DNA of 64,000 nt, from the IMG/VR virus record IMGVR_UViG_3300027687_000005; one strand, given 5' to 3'. The translations under genes and the position numbers were made by a program. The notes under the pieces are model-generated. The model was not told the origin of the DNA, searched no databases, and worked only from the letters and a program-made list of their open reading frames with translations. The DNA is from an uncultured virus (IMG/VR IMGVR_UViG_3300027687_000005). Taxonomy: Duplodnaviria > Heunggongvirae > Uroviricota > Caudoviricetes. This document shows, in pieces, positions 46,030 through 55,808 of this stretch; position 1 is the first letter of the stretch, and each line of letters begins with the position of its first letter.

Positions 46030-49000
46030 ATGGACTATTATACCCCAGAGAAGATGCAGGGTAAGAAGGTTTCGGATCTAAAGATGGACCGTAACTTCCT
46101 TTCAGATGCTGTAACATTCCTTAAGAGTAACCGGAAGGGCATGACTGACGAAGAGCTAAGCAAGTATACACCAGATGATGTTGTGGATGAGGTTCTAGAA
46201 CACTTCCGTATGGGTACAATGAATGAAGTCACTATGGCTAAGGACTTGTACTTTGTGAATGATGAGCAAGCCCCTGAGACTGACCGTCAGGCCTATGGGC
46301 GATTACTGTTTAGTTTTGACAACGCAGAGGGTGAAGGCCTTTTAGATCGTGGTGGTGAAAAGATATACGACTATGCTAAAGGTATTGCCACTGCCCCATC
46401 CACCTATCTCTCTGTAGCTGCTGGCGCATTTACTGGTGGCGCTGGTGGTGCAGCTGTACAGGCTACAAAGCTTGGCGCTCATCAGGCTGTACGTAAGGTT
46501 GCTAACAAGCTGATTGGACGATCTGTTATGGTTGGTGCTCTTGAGGGTACTATGGCGGCTGGATCTCAGCTAGGCCTAGAGCGTATCAAGCAGTCAGCAG
46601 GTAAAGAGATTGGTGAAGACTATGATGTTAATATGGGTAATGTTGCCCTTGCTGGAGGTATTGGTACAGTTATTGGTGGGGCTGCTTATGCTATCCCTGC
46701 TATGCGCCGTAATAAAGCGGCCCACCGCCTAGTTGATACTCTTGATAAGGGAAGACAGGCTAACGTAGCAGCACTACAAACAGCTAATGCTAACACTGAG
46801 ACTACTATCAAGAAGGCTCTATCTACAGCAGAGGGCAAGAAGAGGATGACATTCACTACGAATAGGCTCCTTAAAGCTATTGACCCTGCGCTTGTTAAAG
46901 AGGGCATGGCAGCTAAGTACGACATCCTTAGTGACACGCTCCCTGATGGACTTATAGGTGGTCTTGAGCGCTCTACTCTTAGGCGCATTACTGCTGCCTC
47001 ATTTGAACTGTCTAAGCAGCTTAACGTAAAGCCTGAGTCAGGTCAGCGTATTACTGAGTTGCTTGCTAAGACTATTGATGAGAATGGTAGCAGCGATATC
47101 TTTACTACGATTGCATCTGACTTTGGTTTAAGTAACCGTCAACTCTCTGCAGTGTATGCAGCAGAAGTATCAGAGGCTGCTAAGATCCTGGCTGATCAGT
47201 CTAAGCTGGTTCGCAAGGGTGGCGCTAAGCTTGTTGGTGCTATAGATGCTAAGACTTTCTCTGATGATATCCAACGTTTGTATAATGCAGGTATGTCTAC
47301 AGTAGATGCGGATGAAGCGAAGAAAGCTTTGGATGCTGGAGCAGCGGCTGGACACGGTATTGCAGGTAGGGCTTGGCGTGGCTTTAAGGAAGTTGAATCA
47401 GCAAGACGTGCCTTTATGACTTCTCAGGTTGCTACAACCATGCGAAACAATATATTTGGTGTAGCCATGACAGGCATTGATATGCTTGACCAAGTTAATA
47501 CTGGTATATACCGCCTTCTTACAGGGCGTGGTAAAGAGGCTATGTCTACATTCAAAGGTACAGTGGATACGTTTAACTATCTTACTAAAGATAATGCTGT
47601 AGCTGAAGCTATGATGAAGATTCTACGACAGGATGCACCAGAGACACTCTCACGTGTATTCCAGGATGCTGCAATGGCAGAGAGTTCACTTGTATCAAAC
47701 TCTGTATTAGCTAGGATGGGTAAAGGGTTCAACGTACTAAACACAATGTCAGACCACACGTTCAAGAAGGCAGTTATTGCTGGTAATCTGGATCGACAGT
47801 TTAAAGCTAGAGGCAGCAGTCTCCTAAAGGAGATGGAAGCAGGGCGTTTAGGCAACATATCAAATGAGATGCTTACAGAGGCTCTTGATGAGAGTTTATC
47901 ATTTACCTTCCAGCGTAAGTTTGGCAGTAAGGGTTCATCTGCAGAGAGCCAAATAACTAAAAAGATTGTAGATGGTATCAACAAGAGTGGTCTAACTTTG
48001 CTTATACCTTTTCCACGGTACATGGCTTCACAGGCTAAGTTTATTAGTGACTACACAGGCCTAACTCTTATACGCCGTTTAGGTACAGGACGTAAGATTG
48101 CTGATGAAGAGTTTGGCAAGGCAGCAAGTGGTGCTGCTATGTTTGGTGCTTTGTATGCTGTACAAAAAGGCAACATTGAGAATGACCTAGAGTGGTTCAA
48201 TGGTCAAACAGATGATGGTCAGACTTATGATGCACAGGCTGCGTTAGGACCAGCTGCTATGCATGCCTACCTAGCAAACCTAGTGGCTCGTATCCAAGGT
48301 GGACATGAAGTTAAGGATACTGCAGCCATTAAGAAGGATATTGTAAAGATCACCGTAGGTACAGAGTTCCGCCCAAGTGGTACAGCTGTAGATAAAGCTA
48401 TACGCTGGGCAGAGACAGGTGATAATAAGGCATTCTATGATTGGGTGGGGGATACGTTTAGTGCCTTCACTTATCCTGCAGCAGTAGTGAAGGACTTCTA
48501 TGGGCAGCTTGACCCAAGGGCCTCTTACTTTCCAGAGACACGGGACGCTACAGTGAGCTTGTTGGAAGCATCAGGGCCAATGGAAATGGCAATGTCTACT
48601 TATCAGCGTATAACACGCCAGCTGCCTGACTTTAATAGTGCCACTATGGCTAATACTCTTGATGAAATGACAGGGATTAAAATGGACCCTAAGAAGATGG
48701 AGGGCTTTCTAGAGTTCTTTAAGTCTTCTACACGGGCTACCTTCCAGACTGACTACCTAGAAAATACAGATGAAGGCTATGACGCTATTCGTATGGACAT
48801 CTTTGGTGAGGGGCCTCTACGTGCTACAAACCCCTTTCTCAAACAGATCTTGGGTATCTCAGGTAAGCCACGCTCTAATGTGTTGCAACGGGAAATGGTA
48901 AAGCTTCAGTTAGATCCATTCCTAATCTACAACCCTTACCGTGAAAAGAACCCTGCAGTCTCTATCTTAGCAGAACAATCTATGCAGGGTCACTTGTTAG

Positions 49001-49416
49001 ATGAGATGAAGAAACTCATTAGTTCTACTCTGTATCAATCCTCTACTGTAGAAGAACAGAAGCTACTTCTTTCAGGAGGCAATGGCTACACTGAGAAGTG
49101 GGAAAATGTTAAGGGTATAAAAGACTATGTAAGCATGGCACGTAAGAATGCACGTGAGAACTTAGCTCTTGCTGCATCAGATCCTAAGTATCAAGGTGAC
49201 TACATAAACTGGACTAGAGGTCGCTTACAGGCTCTTGGTCCTGCAGATCGTAAAACTCTGGCACCTATGTTTCAGCGGTATGCTGTAGGTACAGACTACG
49301 AGGGTATGACAATAGAAGAAAGCATTGCTGATATAAAAGCAGACAAGGATATGAATGAGCGTGAGAAAGACATTAAGATAACCACGCTAATCAATTACTA
49401 CTTAGCAATGGAGTAA
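46030..49416 (+). CDS. large putative internal virion protein
   Basis: 1128-aa ORF, last gene of the structural arm; TTMRN and IPFPRY motifs. Confidence 0.7.
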   Translation: MDYYTPEKMQGKKVSDLKMDRNFLSDAVTFLKSNRKGMTDEELSKYTPDDVVDEVLEHFRMGTMNEVTMAKDLYFVNDEQAPETDRQAYGRLLFSFDNAEGEGLLDRGGEKIYDYAKGIATAPSTYLSVAAGAFTGGAGGAAVQATKLGAHQAVRKVANKLIGRSVMVGALEGTMAAGSQLGLERIKQSAGKEIGEDYDVNMGNVALAGGIGTVIGGAAYAIPAMRRNKAAHRLVDTLDKGRQANVAALQTANANTETTIKKALSTAEGKKRMTFTTNRLLKAIDPALVKEGMAAKYDILSDTLPDGLIGGLERSTLRRITAASFELSKQLNVKPESGQRITELLAKTIDENGSSDIFTTIASDFGLSNRQLSAVYAAEVSEAAKILADQSKLVRKGGAKLVGAIDAKTFSDDIQRLYNAGMSTVDADEAKKALDAGAAAGHGIAGRAWRGFKEVESARRAFMTSQVATTMRNNIFGVAMTGIDMLDQVNTGIYRLLTGRGKEAMSTFKGTVDTFNYLTKDNAVAEAMMKILRQDAPETLSRVFQDAAMAESSLVSNSVLARMGKGFNVLNTMSDHTFKKAVIAGNLDRQFKARGSSLLKEMEAGRLGNISNEMLTEALDESLSFTFQRKFGSKGSSAESQITKKIVDGINKSGLTLLIPFPRYMASQAKFISDYTGLTLIRRLGTGRKIADEEFGKAASGAAMFGALYAVQKGNIENDLEWFNGQTDDGQTYDAQAALGPAAMHAYLANLVARIQGGHEVKDTAAIKKDIVKITVGTEFRPSGTAVDKAIRWAETGDNKAFYDWVGDTFSAFTYPAAVVKDFYGQLDPRASYFPETRDATVSLLEASGPMEMAMSTYQRITRQLPDFNSATMANTLDEMTGIKMDPKKMEGFLEFFKSSTRATFQTDYLENTDEGYDAIRMDIFGEGPLRATNPFLKQILGISGKPRSNVLQREMVKLQLDPFLIYNPYREKNPAVSILAEQSMQGHLLDEMKKLISSTLYQSSTVEEQKLLLSGGNGYTEKWENVKGIKDYVSMARKNARENLALAASDPKYQGDYINWTRGRLQALGPADRKTLAPMFQRYAVGTDYEGMTIEESIADIKADKDMNEREKDIKITTLINYYLAME

Positions 49417-49420
49417 AGCA

Positions 49421-49449
49421 AGAGGGGCCACACTAAGCGGCCCCTTTTT
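49421..49449. terminator. bidirectional terminator between the convergent arms
   Basis: AGAGGGGCC / GGCCCCTTT stem with a T-run, between convergent stop codons. Confidence 0.8.
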
Positions 49450-49450
49450 G

Positions 49451-49654
49451 TTATCGTATACCATGTGTCTTGGCACAATGTTTAGACCAAAGCACGAAGG
49501 CAGTTAAATGCTCTAGTGCTTTTTCTTTTTCTTCGCTAGGCCAGAGTTGCTTGTTAATAAAGTATTCAATCTCTTCTGTATTCCTAGCTAACTCTTCGTA
49601 GAACTTAATGCGTGTGCCTTCTACGTGCGCCTTAGCTTCCTGTTCTAACTTCAT
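49451..49654 (-). CDS. small helical protein, possible Acb2/Tad1-like hairpin
   Basis: IN...P.S.EK..AL..L....W pattern; resemblance judged by eye. Confidence 0.55.
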   Translation of the reverse strand: MKLEQEAKAHVEGTRIKFYEELARNTEEIEYFINKQLWPSEEKEKALEHLTAFVLWSKHCAKTHGIR

Positions 49655-50403
49655 TAGATACTTCTCTCTGACTCAAATGTGTATAGACTCTTTATGATAG
49701 TACTCTTTGTATCTTCACAGACAGAGGCATTCTTACTAAGGTTCTCCGCTGCAGGTATGACCTGTAAGTTACCACTCCAGTGAGGCCCACCATCTGCTAG
49801 AGGCCACATATGATCTACATGGTGTTGCAATCCTGTGGCTTTACTTAGTATGTTACTCAGCTTGTATATCCCTACTAAGCGTTTCTTCTCGCGAATGCAT
49901 TCACGTAGGTGTACAGGTATCTGTTTTAGCTTTAAGGCTCTTCGTTTTGCGTTTGAAGCGTATTCAGAAGCCTTGTTGTTTCTATAATAAGCCCTTCTGT
50001 ATAAGTTCCAAGCCTCTCTGTTAGCTTCTCTATAAGCTTTTTTTCTATCCTTGTATCGATCTTTGAAGACACTTTTGTTAACTTCGTAATATGCTTTTTT
50101 CTTTATAAGTATCTCAACCTTGTTATCTTCATACCAATCTTTTTGTCTTACTCTCACCCAATCCTTGTTAGCTTCTCGCCAAGCTTTCTGACCAGCAGCT
50201 ACTACATCTTTATTAACTTCTCTATAAGCTTTTCCTACTGTAGCTATCTTTTCTTTGTTAGCTTCTCGCCAAGCTTTATTTACTGCAGCTATCTTTTCTT
50301 TGTTAGCTTCTTTATAAGCCCTGCTCTTAGCATTTCTTTTTTCTTTGTTGCGTTCATGGTAAGCTTTATCTACTGCAGCCTTTTGTTCCTTGCTCTGAGC
50401 CAT
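49654..50403 (-). CDS. HNH endonuclease with N-terminal 15-aa basic repeats
   Basis: HHVDHMWPL..GGPHWSGNLQVI.A.EN..K; KA(Y/W)REANKE repeats. Confidence 0.85.
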   Translation of the reverse strand: MAQSKEQKAAVDKAYHERNKEKRNAKSRAYKEANKEKIAAVNKAWREANKEKIATVGKAYREVNKDVVAAGQKAWREANKDWVRVRQKDWYEDNKVEILIKKKAYYEVNKSVFKDRYKDRKKAYREANREAWNLYRRAYYRNNKASEYASNAKRRALKLKQIPVHLRECIREKKRLVGIYKLSNILSKATGLQHHVDHMWPLADGGPHWSGNLQVIPAAENLSKNASVCEDTKSTIIKSLYTFESERSI

Positions 50404-51119
50404 CACAACCCCTCCTTCATAAACACCTTGACCCACTCTGCACAGATACCACTACGCACAATGTCATCAATACCAAACTCAACTACTGGTGCATCTAACA
50501 TGTACTTCTTAGAGAGATGTATGACCTTAGCTAGACCAGACGTACCCTTAAGATCTGACTGTTGGATATCACCGTTGAGTACAATAGTACTGCCTTCGCC
50601 TACCCTAGTCAACAGCATCTTGATCTCACTGATCTCAATGTTCTGTGCTTCATCTACGATAATGAATGCATCATCAAAGCTACGCCCACGCATGAGCGCC
50701 AGTGTTGCTACTTCAATGTTACCTGCCTTCAGTCCTGTATCAACAGCACCACGCCCTAGATGTTTAACCAGTACGTCTAACACAGGTAGTGCCCAAGGCT
50801 GAGCCTTCTCTTCAAGCGTTCCCGGCAGGAACCCAATGTCTTTACCTACAGCTACGTGAGGGCGTGTGATAACAATCTTGTCAATCTCTTTTAGTGTATA
50901 CAAGTCTGCAGCACATGTAGCTGTAACGTAGGTCTTACCAGTACCAGCAGGACCAAGTATCAACACCTGCTTGCTACTAGCAATGGCATCAATTAGCTTA
51001 CCTTGGTTAACTGTCTTTGGTACTATACCTGATACAGGCTTAGAAGAGGCTCCCTTGTAGGTTGTCTTCCTTCTTGTGCGTGTCTGCTTTTTTGGTGGCT
51101 CTAATGTGTCGGTGTTCAT
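50403..51119 (-). CDS. phoH: PhoH-like ATPase
   Basis: GPAGTGKT, MRGRSF, VDEAQN, GDIQQSD, DIVRS. Confidence 0.95.
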   Translation of the reverse strand: MNTDTLEPPKKQTRTRRKTTYKGASSKPVSGIVPKTVNQGKLIDAIASSKQVLILGPAGTGKTYVTATCAADLYTLKEIDKIVITRPHVAVGKDIGFLPGTLEEKAQPWALPVLDVLVKHLGRGAVDTGLKAGNIEVATLALMRGRSFDDAFIIVDEAQNIEISEIKMLLTRVGEGSTIVLNGDIQQSDLKGTSGLAKVIHLSKKYMLDAPVVEFGIDDIVRSGICAEWVKVFMKEGL

Positions 51120-51633
51120 TTAAGTTATCCAGTATTGTTATTGCCTGCTGTAACGGTATCTTAAACCACTCTCCCTTGGAGTCAAGTGACAAAGGCAGTG
51201 CCCTAGTGTGTGCCTCTTTTTCTGCCTTACGCCTATCATTAGATGCAACAGCATGTTCCAACACAAAGTCACGCATAGGGCTGCTGGTTTGGTAACCGTT
51301 GAGCCTATCTTCTGCATCAATAGCCATGCCTATCTTAACCCATCCAGGCCAAGCTTTGTTAGTGATGACGTATACATAACCCTCTTTAATGTTAGCTAAC
51401 TTATAAGTCCCCTCAAAGGCTGCATCATTAAAGTTTTTGTATCTACCTGCTTTGTGTAGAGGGTGATCTTTATGTATGTATTTGCCATTTACGTACATCC
51501 TATTTGGGTTAGATACCTTGACATTAGACTTTAGTGATAACTGCATGCGACAGGGTCTACATATTTTGCTCCCGTAGTCTGACTTGTACTGATTGTCTGT
51601 ACTTAATAATACGTCACATGTATTACAATGCAT
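51040..51633 (-). CDS. T5orf172 / GIY-YIG family endonuclease with N-terminal Zn finger
   Basis: CNTC..CRPC; GYVYVI.N.AWPGWVKIG..RL..YQTSSP..E..H..GEWF. Confidence 0.85.
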   Translation of the reverse strand: MHCNTCDVLLSTDNQYKSDYGSKICRPCRMQLSLKSNVKVSNPNRMYVNGKYIHKDHPLHKAGRYKNFNDAAFEGTYKLANIKEGYVYVITNKAWPGWVKIGMAIDAEDRLNGYQTSSPMRDFVLEHAVASNDRRKAEKEAHTRALPLSLDSKGEWFKIPLQQAITILDNLNEHRHIRATKKADTHKKEDNLQGSLF

Positions 51634-51833
51634 TACGCTTCCTCCGGTACTTTGGCACATAAGTGAACTAGCTTTGGTGTGTTCTCCATGATGGCTGGTA
51701 TGCCTTGATATAACTGGTCTAATACATTTACCGCCGCACTATTGCAGGAAGCATATGTGTTATACAAAACAGGAGACGCCCGAATAAACGGAACATCCCC
51801 TGCAAAGTATGCTACTACAACTAGGACATACAT
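51633..51833 (-). CDS. hypothetical protein
   Basis: Coupled ORF; hydrophobic N-terminus, two Cys. Confidence 0.6.
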   Translation of the reverse strand: MYVLVVVAYFAGDVPFIRASPVLYNTYASCNSAAVNVLDQLYQGIPAIMENTPKLVHLCAKVPEEA

Positions 51834-51937
51834 TACCCTGAGGTTGCCGCCGCTACAGTAGCAACAGGTTCAAACAGTGCCTCAAGGATACCGTTGCCTA
51901 CCATGACAATCATAACGAATTGTATTACTTCAAACAT
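51833..51937 (-). CDS. 34-aa hydrophobic peptide
   Basis: Own translation MFEVIQFVMIVMVGNGILEALFEPVATVAAATSG; AAGGA RBS; overlaps both neighbours. Confidence 0.55.
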   Translation of the reverse strand: MFEVIQFVMIVMVGNGILEALFEPVATVAAATSG

Positions 51938-52172
51938 CTTTATTCCTTTCAAGTTGTTGGACTAACTCTTTATAACCACCTACGTAGTCACCTTTGCTAT
52001 CCCATATTTGTGGTACGGTTTTCATACCAGCTTCTTTTATGAGCGTCAACAGCCACCTACTACTTGGTGTATCAAGAGAGTAAGACGTGAAGCTTACCCT
52101 CTCTTTGCGTAGTAGATACTTAGCCTTAGTGCAGAACTCACAGTTAGTTGTTCCTAAGACTATGTAGCTCAT
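51930..52172 (-). CDS. glutaredoxin
   Basis: CEFC, TVPQI, VGGY; adjacent to the RNR gene. Confidence 0.92.
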   Translation of the reverse strand: MSYIVLGTTNCEFCTKAKYLLRKERVSFTSYSLDTPSSRWLLTLIKEAGMKTVPQIWDSKGDYVGGYKELVQQLERNKDV

Positions 52173-54064
52173 ACCAGATCTACAATCTCGCAGCTGTCAC
52201 CAGAACAAGCAAGTGTTTGACTACCTGCAGTGTTGTCTTCGTTCTCATACTCATCTAGTTTTGACCAATCAATAGTCTTAGGCATCAGAGACAATAGTGT
52301 CTTATAGTCAGACTTACCACACTCCTGATAAGGAGCTTGCTGGTACGTATGCTCATTGAATGGCAGGAAGGATACCCCTGACATCTCATCAAAGTGTTTG
52401 TACACAAAAGCACCTACTTCAAACCATTCATCATTCTTCACGTTAATAGTAACGGATGGCTTATGCTCACACCAGTTACGCTGGTATGCTAACCACATCT
52501 CTAGCTGTTCAATAGCAGTCATGTCAGCGGTACACACTGCATTATCTGGTGCCTTCATAGGAAAGCTGAACACTGTAGTCTGATCTGGTTTAAATACCTC
52601 AGGTGCATTAGGAATACCTTGATCCTTCATGAACTGTGTTACTGGATCTTTGTTGTCACCACGTACAGTGCGAATATAATAGGGGCTGTGACGTGCGTGA
52701 ATACCACTAGCGGAGTCAACAAGTTGAGATACGGTTCCCGAAGGTTTAACACAGCTGATAGCAGCACTAACAGGGATGCCAAGGCGCTCAGCCCACTCAG
52801 CGTTAGTAGTAACAGCAACATTACGTAAGTGATCAAGGGTCTTATCCAATCCTTTGTTCTTCAGTGTCATGAGAGGGTTGTCCATGATACCTGTCAGTGA
52901 CACACCCAACAGACGTTCAGCTTCAGTGTTTGTTGCCCAGATCTTACGCAAGTAGGGCATCTTAGTATAAGTAGACTGAATTGTACCCATGATAGTAGCT
53001 AGGCGTACCTTTTCAGATATTGTATCAATAGTATCGGTTGCACGTATAACGCACTCTGTTAGGTTGCAAAACTGATATGGAAGTAATATTATTTCGCTGC
53101 AAGGATTTGTTCCGAACTCATGGTTAGGGTCACGGCGACCATTCTTTGCTGCTTGCTTCTTAGATGCTTCACGATTGAAGATGCCACGCTCACCAGAGCC
53201 AGACTCTACAAGCGACATCCACTCACGCATAAACGACAGGCTATCAGGCTTCTCAGTATAGGCTACAGAGTTATTAGCTAAGGCACGTTGTGGATTGTTC
53301 TCCCACCATGAGCCAGACTTAGCAGTACGCATACGATCATCACTAAGATTACTCAATGAAATCATGGCGCTGCGCCGAACTCCACCAACTACCACTACCT
53401 CGCCAATCTTACACATGATGTCATGACACTCAATGGATGAAAGCTTACGTCCCTCTGATTTCTTGAATGAATTGATAGTGAAGTTAAACAGATCCACCAA
53501 TGGTGCTGGGCCTGATGCCCTACCGCCAAACGTCTTAAGAGGTGCACCAGCAGCGCGTACCTTAGAAACGTCCCACGTTGGGATTTCACCAGCATACAGG
53601 AGTGCAATCAATTGACGCAAAGACTTAGCCCACCCCTCCTTACTATCCCTGACAACGATACTAGTCTCGCTCTGGAAGAGTTGTGGCACCTCTGGGAGCT
53701 TAGTGATGAACTGGCGCTCGACACTGAAGCCAACGCCAGTACCACAGAGGAGGATAAACATAGCCTCATCGAAGGACTTAAGGTCATCTACGGGTAAGAA
53801 GCTACAGTTATACATGCAAGTATTGTCCCGCTCTGATGCGGGGCCTGCAGTCATGAGCGCTCTCATAGATGGCATAACTTCTAGGCCCAATATAGCTTGC
53901 TCTAATTGATCTGCTGTCTTCTTATCAACCTTATCCCCCACAATGTTCTTGACGTAACGGGATACTGTGTCTCCCCACGATTCACGCCCAGTGCCCTCAA
54001 AGTATTTAGCATAGCGTGACTTGTGGATAAAAGATTGGTAGTCGGTTGGTAGTTGGTTGCTCAT
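52169..54064 (-). CDS. nrdJ: class II (B12-dependent, RTPR-like) ribonucleotide reductase
   Basis: MPSMR, YNCSF, GGVRRSA, NPCSE, CVKPSGT, C-terminal CSGDSC; no small-subunit gene nearby. Confidence 0.92.
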   Translation of the reverse strand: MSNQLPTDYQSFIHKSRYAKYFEGTGRESWGDTVSRYVKNIVGDKVDKKTADQLEQAILGLEVMPSMRALMTAGPASERDNTCMYNCSFLPVDDLKSFDEAMFILLCGTGVGFSVERQFITKLPEVPQLFQSETSIVVRDSKEGWAKSLRQLIALLYAGEIPTWDVSKVRAAGAPLKTFGGRASGPAPLVDLFNFTINSFKKSEGRKLSSIECHDIMCKIGEVVVVGGVRRSAMISLSNLSDDRMRTAKSGSWWENNPQRALANNSVAYTEKPDSLSFMREWMSLVESGSGERGIFNREASKKQAAKNGRRDPNHEFGTNPCSEIILLPYQFCNLTECVIRATDTIDTISEKVRLATIMGTIQSTYTKMPYLRKIWATNTEAERLLGVSLTGIMDNPLMTLKNKGLDKTLDHLRNVAVTTNAEWAERLGIPVSAAISCVKPSGTVSQLVDSASGIHARHSPYYIRTVRGDNKDPVTQFMKDQGIPNAPEVFKPDQTTVFSFPMKAPDNAVCTADMTAIEQLEMWLAYQRNWCEHKPSVTINVKNDEWFEVGAFVYKHFDEMSGVSFLPFNEHTYQQAPYQECGKSDYKTLLSLMPKTIDWSKLDEYENEDNTAGSQTLACSGDSCEIVDLV

Positions 54065-54095
54065 TTCATTTCCTCATAAAATAGTTTCATCATAC

Positions 54096-54569
54096 TCATA
54101 CCAGATCACTTAAGTCTGGTGCTTTATAGTTAGGCCCTTTAAGAACCTTACCGTCTTCACGGAAGATAGGCTTACCGTCAGTGCCTAGCTTGGACATATT
54201 GCTCTGGTGTACAAGCTGGAAGGCATCAAACACAGTGCCGTGCCCGTAGTAACTTTCAGCATTTTCAATCTCATCATGGGCATCCCCCATTAAATCCATC
54301 CATACACTGGTTTCTGGTGCACCTAAAAACTCTATGAAGTTGCCAGTAGTTACAGTATCAAAACCTTCAATAACGTAGAGCAGATCAGCTATCTCTTTAA
54401 GGTGTGCAGCCGTACCAATAGTCTCTGCCTGAGCCTCTTCTAGTTCTTCTTTAATAAGCTTTAACCACAGCCGTGGGTCAAGTGATGCCTTAAAGGTATA
54501 GATAAACTCCTGTAAGCATTCCTCTTGTGTTGGCACTCTGAATGCCTCAATATCTGTTGCGTTAATCAT
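54096..54569 (-). CDS. MazG-superfamily (PRA-PH-like) NTP pyrophosphohydrolase
   Basis: LIKEE.EE, KEIADLLYV, VHQSNMSKL..DGKP..REDGKVLKGPNY. Confidence 0.85.
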   Translation of the reverse strand: MINATDIEAFRVPTQEECLQEFIYTFKASLDPRLWLKLIKEELEEAQAETIGTAAHLKEIADLLYVIEGFDTVTTGNFIEFLGAPETSVWMDLMGDAHDEIENAESYYGHGTVFDAFQLVHQSNMSKLGTDGKPIFREDGKVLKGPNYKAPDLSDLV

Positions 54570-54739
54570 AACCTCTCCTTCACTACCAAGTTTTTAACTT
54601 CAATGTCATCCACGTCATAGAACGTATCAACAATCATATCTCTTACATCATCTTCGTGTGCGTCTTCATAGGACGATAAGATGTTGTTATTACTATCTAC
54701 AGTGACCAACATTGTCACCCCGAATTGCTTAACACTCAT
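54566..54739 (-). CDS. 57-aa acidic hypothetical protein
   Basis: Own translation MSVKQFGVTMLVTVD..; ATGA overlaps at both ends. Confidence 0.7.
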   Translation of the reverse strand: MSVKQFGVTMLVTVDSNNNILSSYEDAHEDDVRDMIVDTFYDVDDIEVKNLVVKERL

Positions 54740-55023
54740 TTGTGTTTCTCCGCAAGTGCTTCATTCATTTTATTAAGATACCACCCTGCCTTCTTCATAT
54801 CTTCCACGGGGTTAGCCTTATAGCGATATCTGTGTTGGTACTTAACCATGTTACCGTGGCAGTACGCAATGTAACCGTCTAAACCTAGCACCTGCTTGAT
54901 GTAGTCGATGCATTCAATGCCACCCATGTTATAATGCACAGGTCGATCAACAGGATCAAAGTGCTTTAACTCAGGATGCTGATCACCTACATACTCTGTG
55001 TGTGGTAATAGTTCTTCTTTCAT
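54736..55023 (-). CDS. DUF3310 family protein
   Basis: DPV.RP.HY..GGIECID..GN..KY..R..K..EDMKKA.WYL. Confidence 0.88.
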   Translation of the reverse strand: MKEELLPHTEYVGDQHPELKHFDPVDRPVHYNMGGIECIDYIKQVLGLDGYIAYCHGNMVKYQHRYRYKANPVEDMKKAGWYLNKMNEALAEKHK

Positions 55024-55358
55024 GCGTTACCCTCTGTCTTAGTCCATCTGTTTAATCTTATTACGTTGTTACCCTCAGGTGGATCTGGTTCATCATCTAA
55101 CAGCCAACCATCTACTTCTTCCAGTAAGCCATCACGATAAGCTACAACCTCATCAAGAGCCTTAGGGTTATCATTAGCCCATGATAGGAAAGCAGCCATC
55201 AGAGTTATATAGTGAACCATAGTACTCTGTGTAGACCTTTCTATGGTTGACTCAGAGGATGCAGCAATACCTGTCTCAATGTGACCTGTCCACTCATCAC
55301 CCTGCATTACAGGTCTAACGATCAGTGCCATCTCATCATCTGATAACGTATAACTCAT
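55020..55358 (-). CDS. hypothetical protein
   Basis: Coupled ORF within the operon. Confidence 0.75.
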   Translation of the reverse strand: MSYTLSDDEMALIVRPVMQGDEWTGHIETGIAASSESTIERSTQSTMVHYITLMAAFLSWANDNPKALDEVVAYRDGLLEEVDGWLLDDEPDPPEGNNVIRLNRWTKTEGNA

Positions 55359-55807
55359 CAGTCTTTCCTTTTTGTTTTTAGTACCACTACATCTGTAGTA
55401 GCCCTAGATCCTGGCTCAGTCAACCACGCCTCAGGTATAACTCTGTTTGCCCACAGGAAACTGTTCTTGTCGCACCACTCAAAGTAGCGGCTCTTAGCAC
55501 CCTTATAAAGCTTAGCATTCGCGTTACTGAATACGAACCTTATATCTAACTCTGGATGTTGTTGCTTTATTGCAACATGTTTCCTGCGATCTTCATTATC
55601 GAATATACCCTTTGTCTCCACTATGATGCCGTTGTCTAACTCAAAGTCAGGAGTGTACTTGCGGTAGCGTAGGTCTTCCCACTCTATCTTTAGTAACTCA
55701 TACTTAACTATCTTCTGTCTTGGAGTTAAAAAAGCAGCGGCCTCTTTCTCAAGACCACTGCGATAACGGCGAGAGTTATGTACTCTTGCAGTTGTTCTTT
55801 TTGCCAT
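55358..55807 (-). CDS. endonuclease I-like Holliday junction resolvase
   Basis: YRSGLE, YTPDF, ETKG, DIRFVF, WCDK. Confidence 0.92.
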   Translation of the reverse strand: MAKRTTARVHNSRRYRSGLEKEAAAFLTPRQKIVKYELLKIEWEDLRYRKYTPDFELDNGIIVETKGIFDNEDRRKHVAIKQQHPELDIRFVFSNANAKLYKGAKSRYFEWCDKNSFLWANRVIPEAWLTEPGSRATTDVVVLKTKRKD

Positions 55808-55808
55808 C

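Noticed and set aside
50143..50802. 219-aa + strand ORF rich in Ser/Phe
   Set aside because: Antisense shadow of the HNH repeats and phoH, with no recognisable domain.
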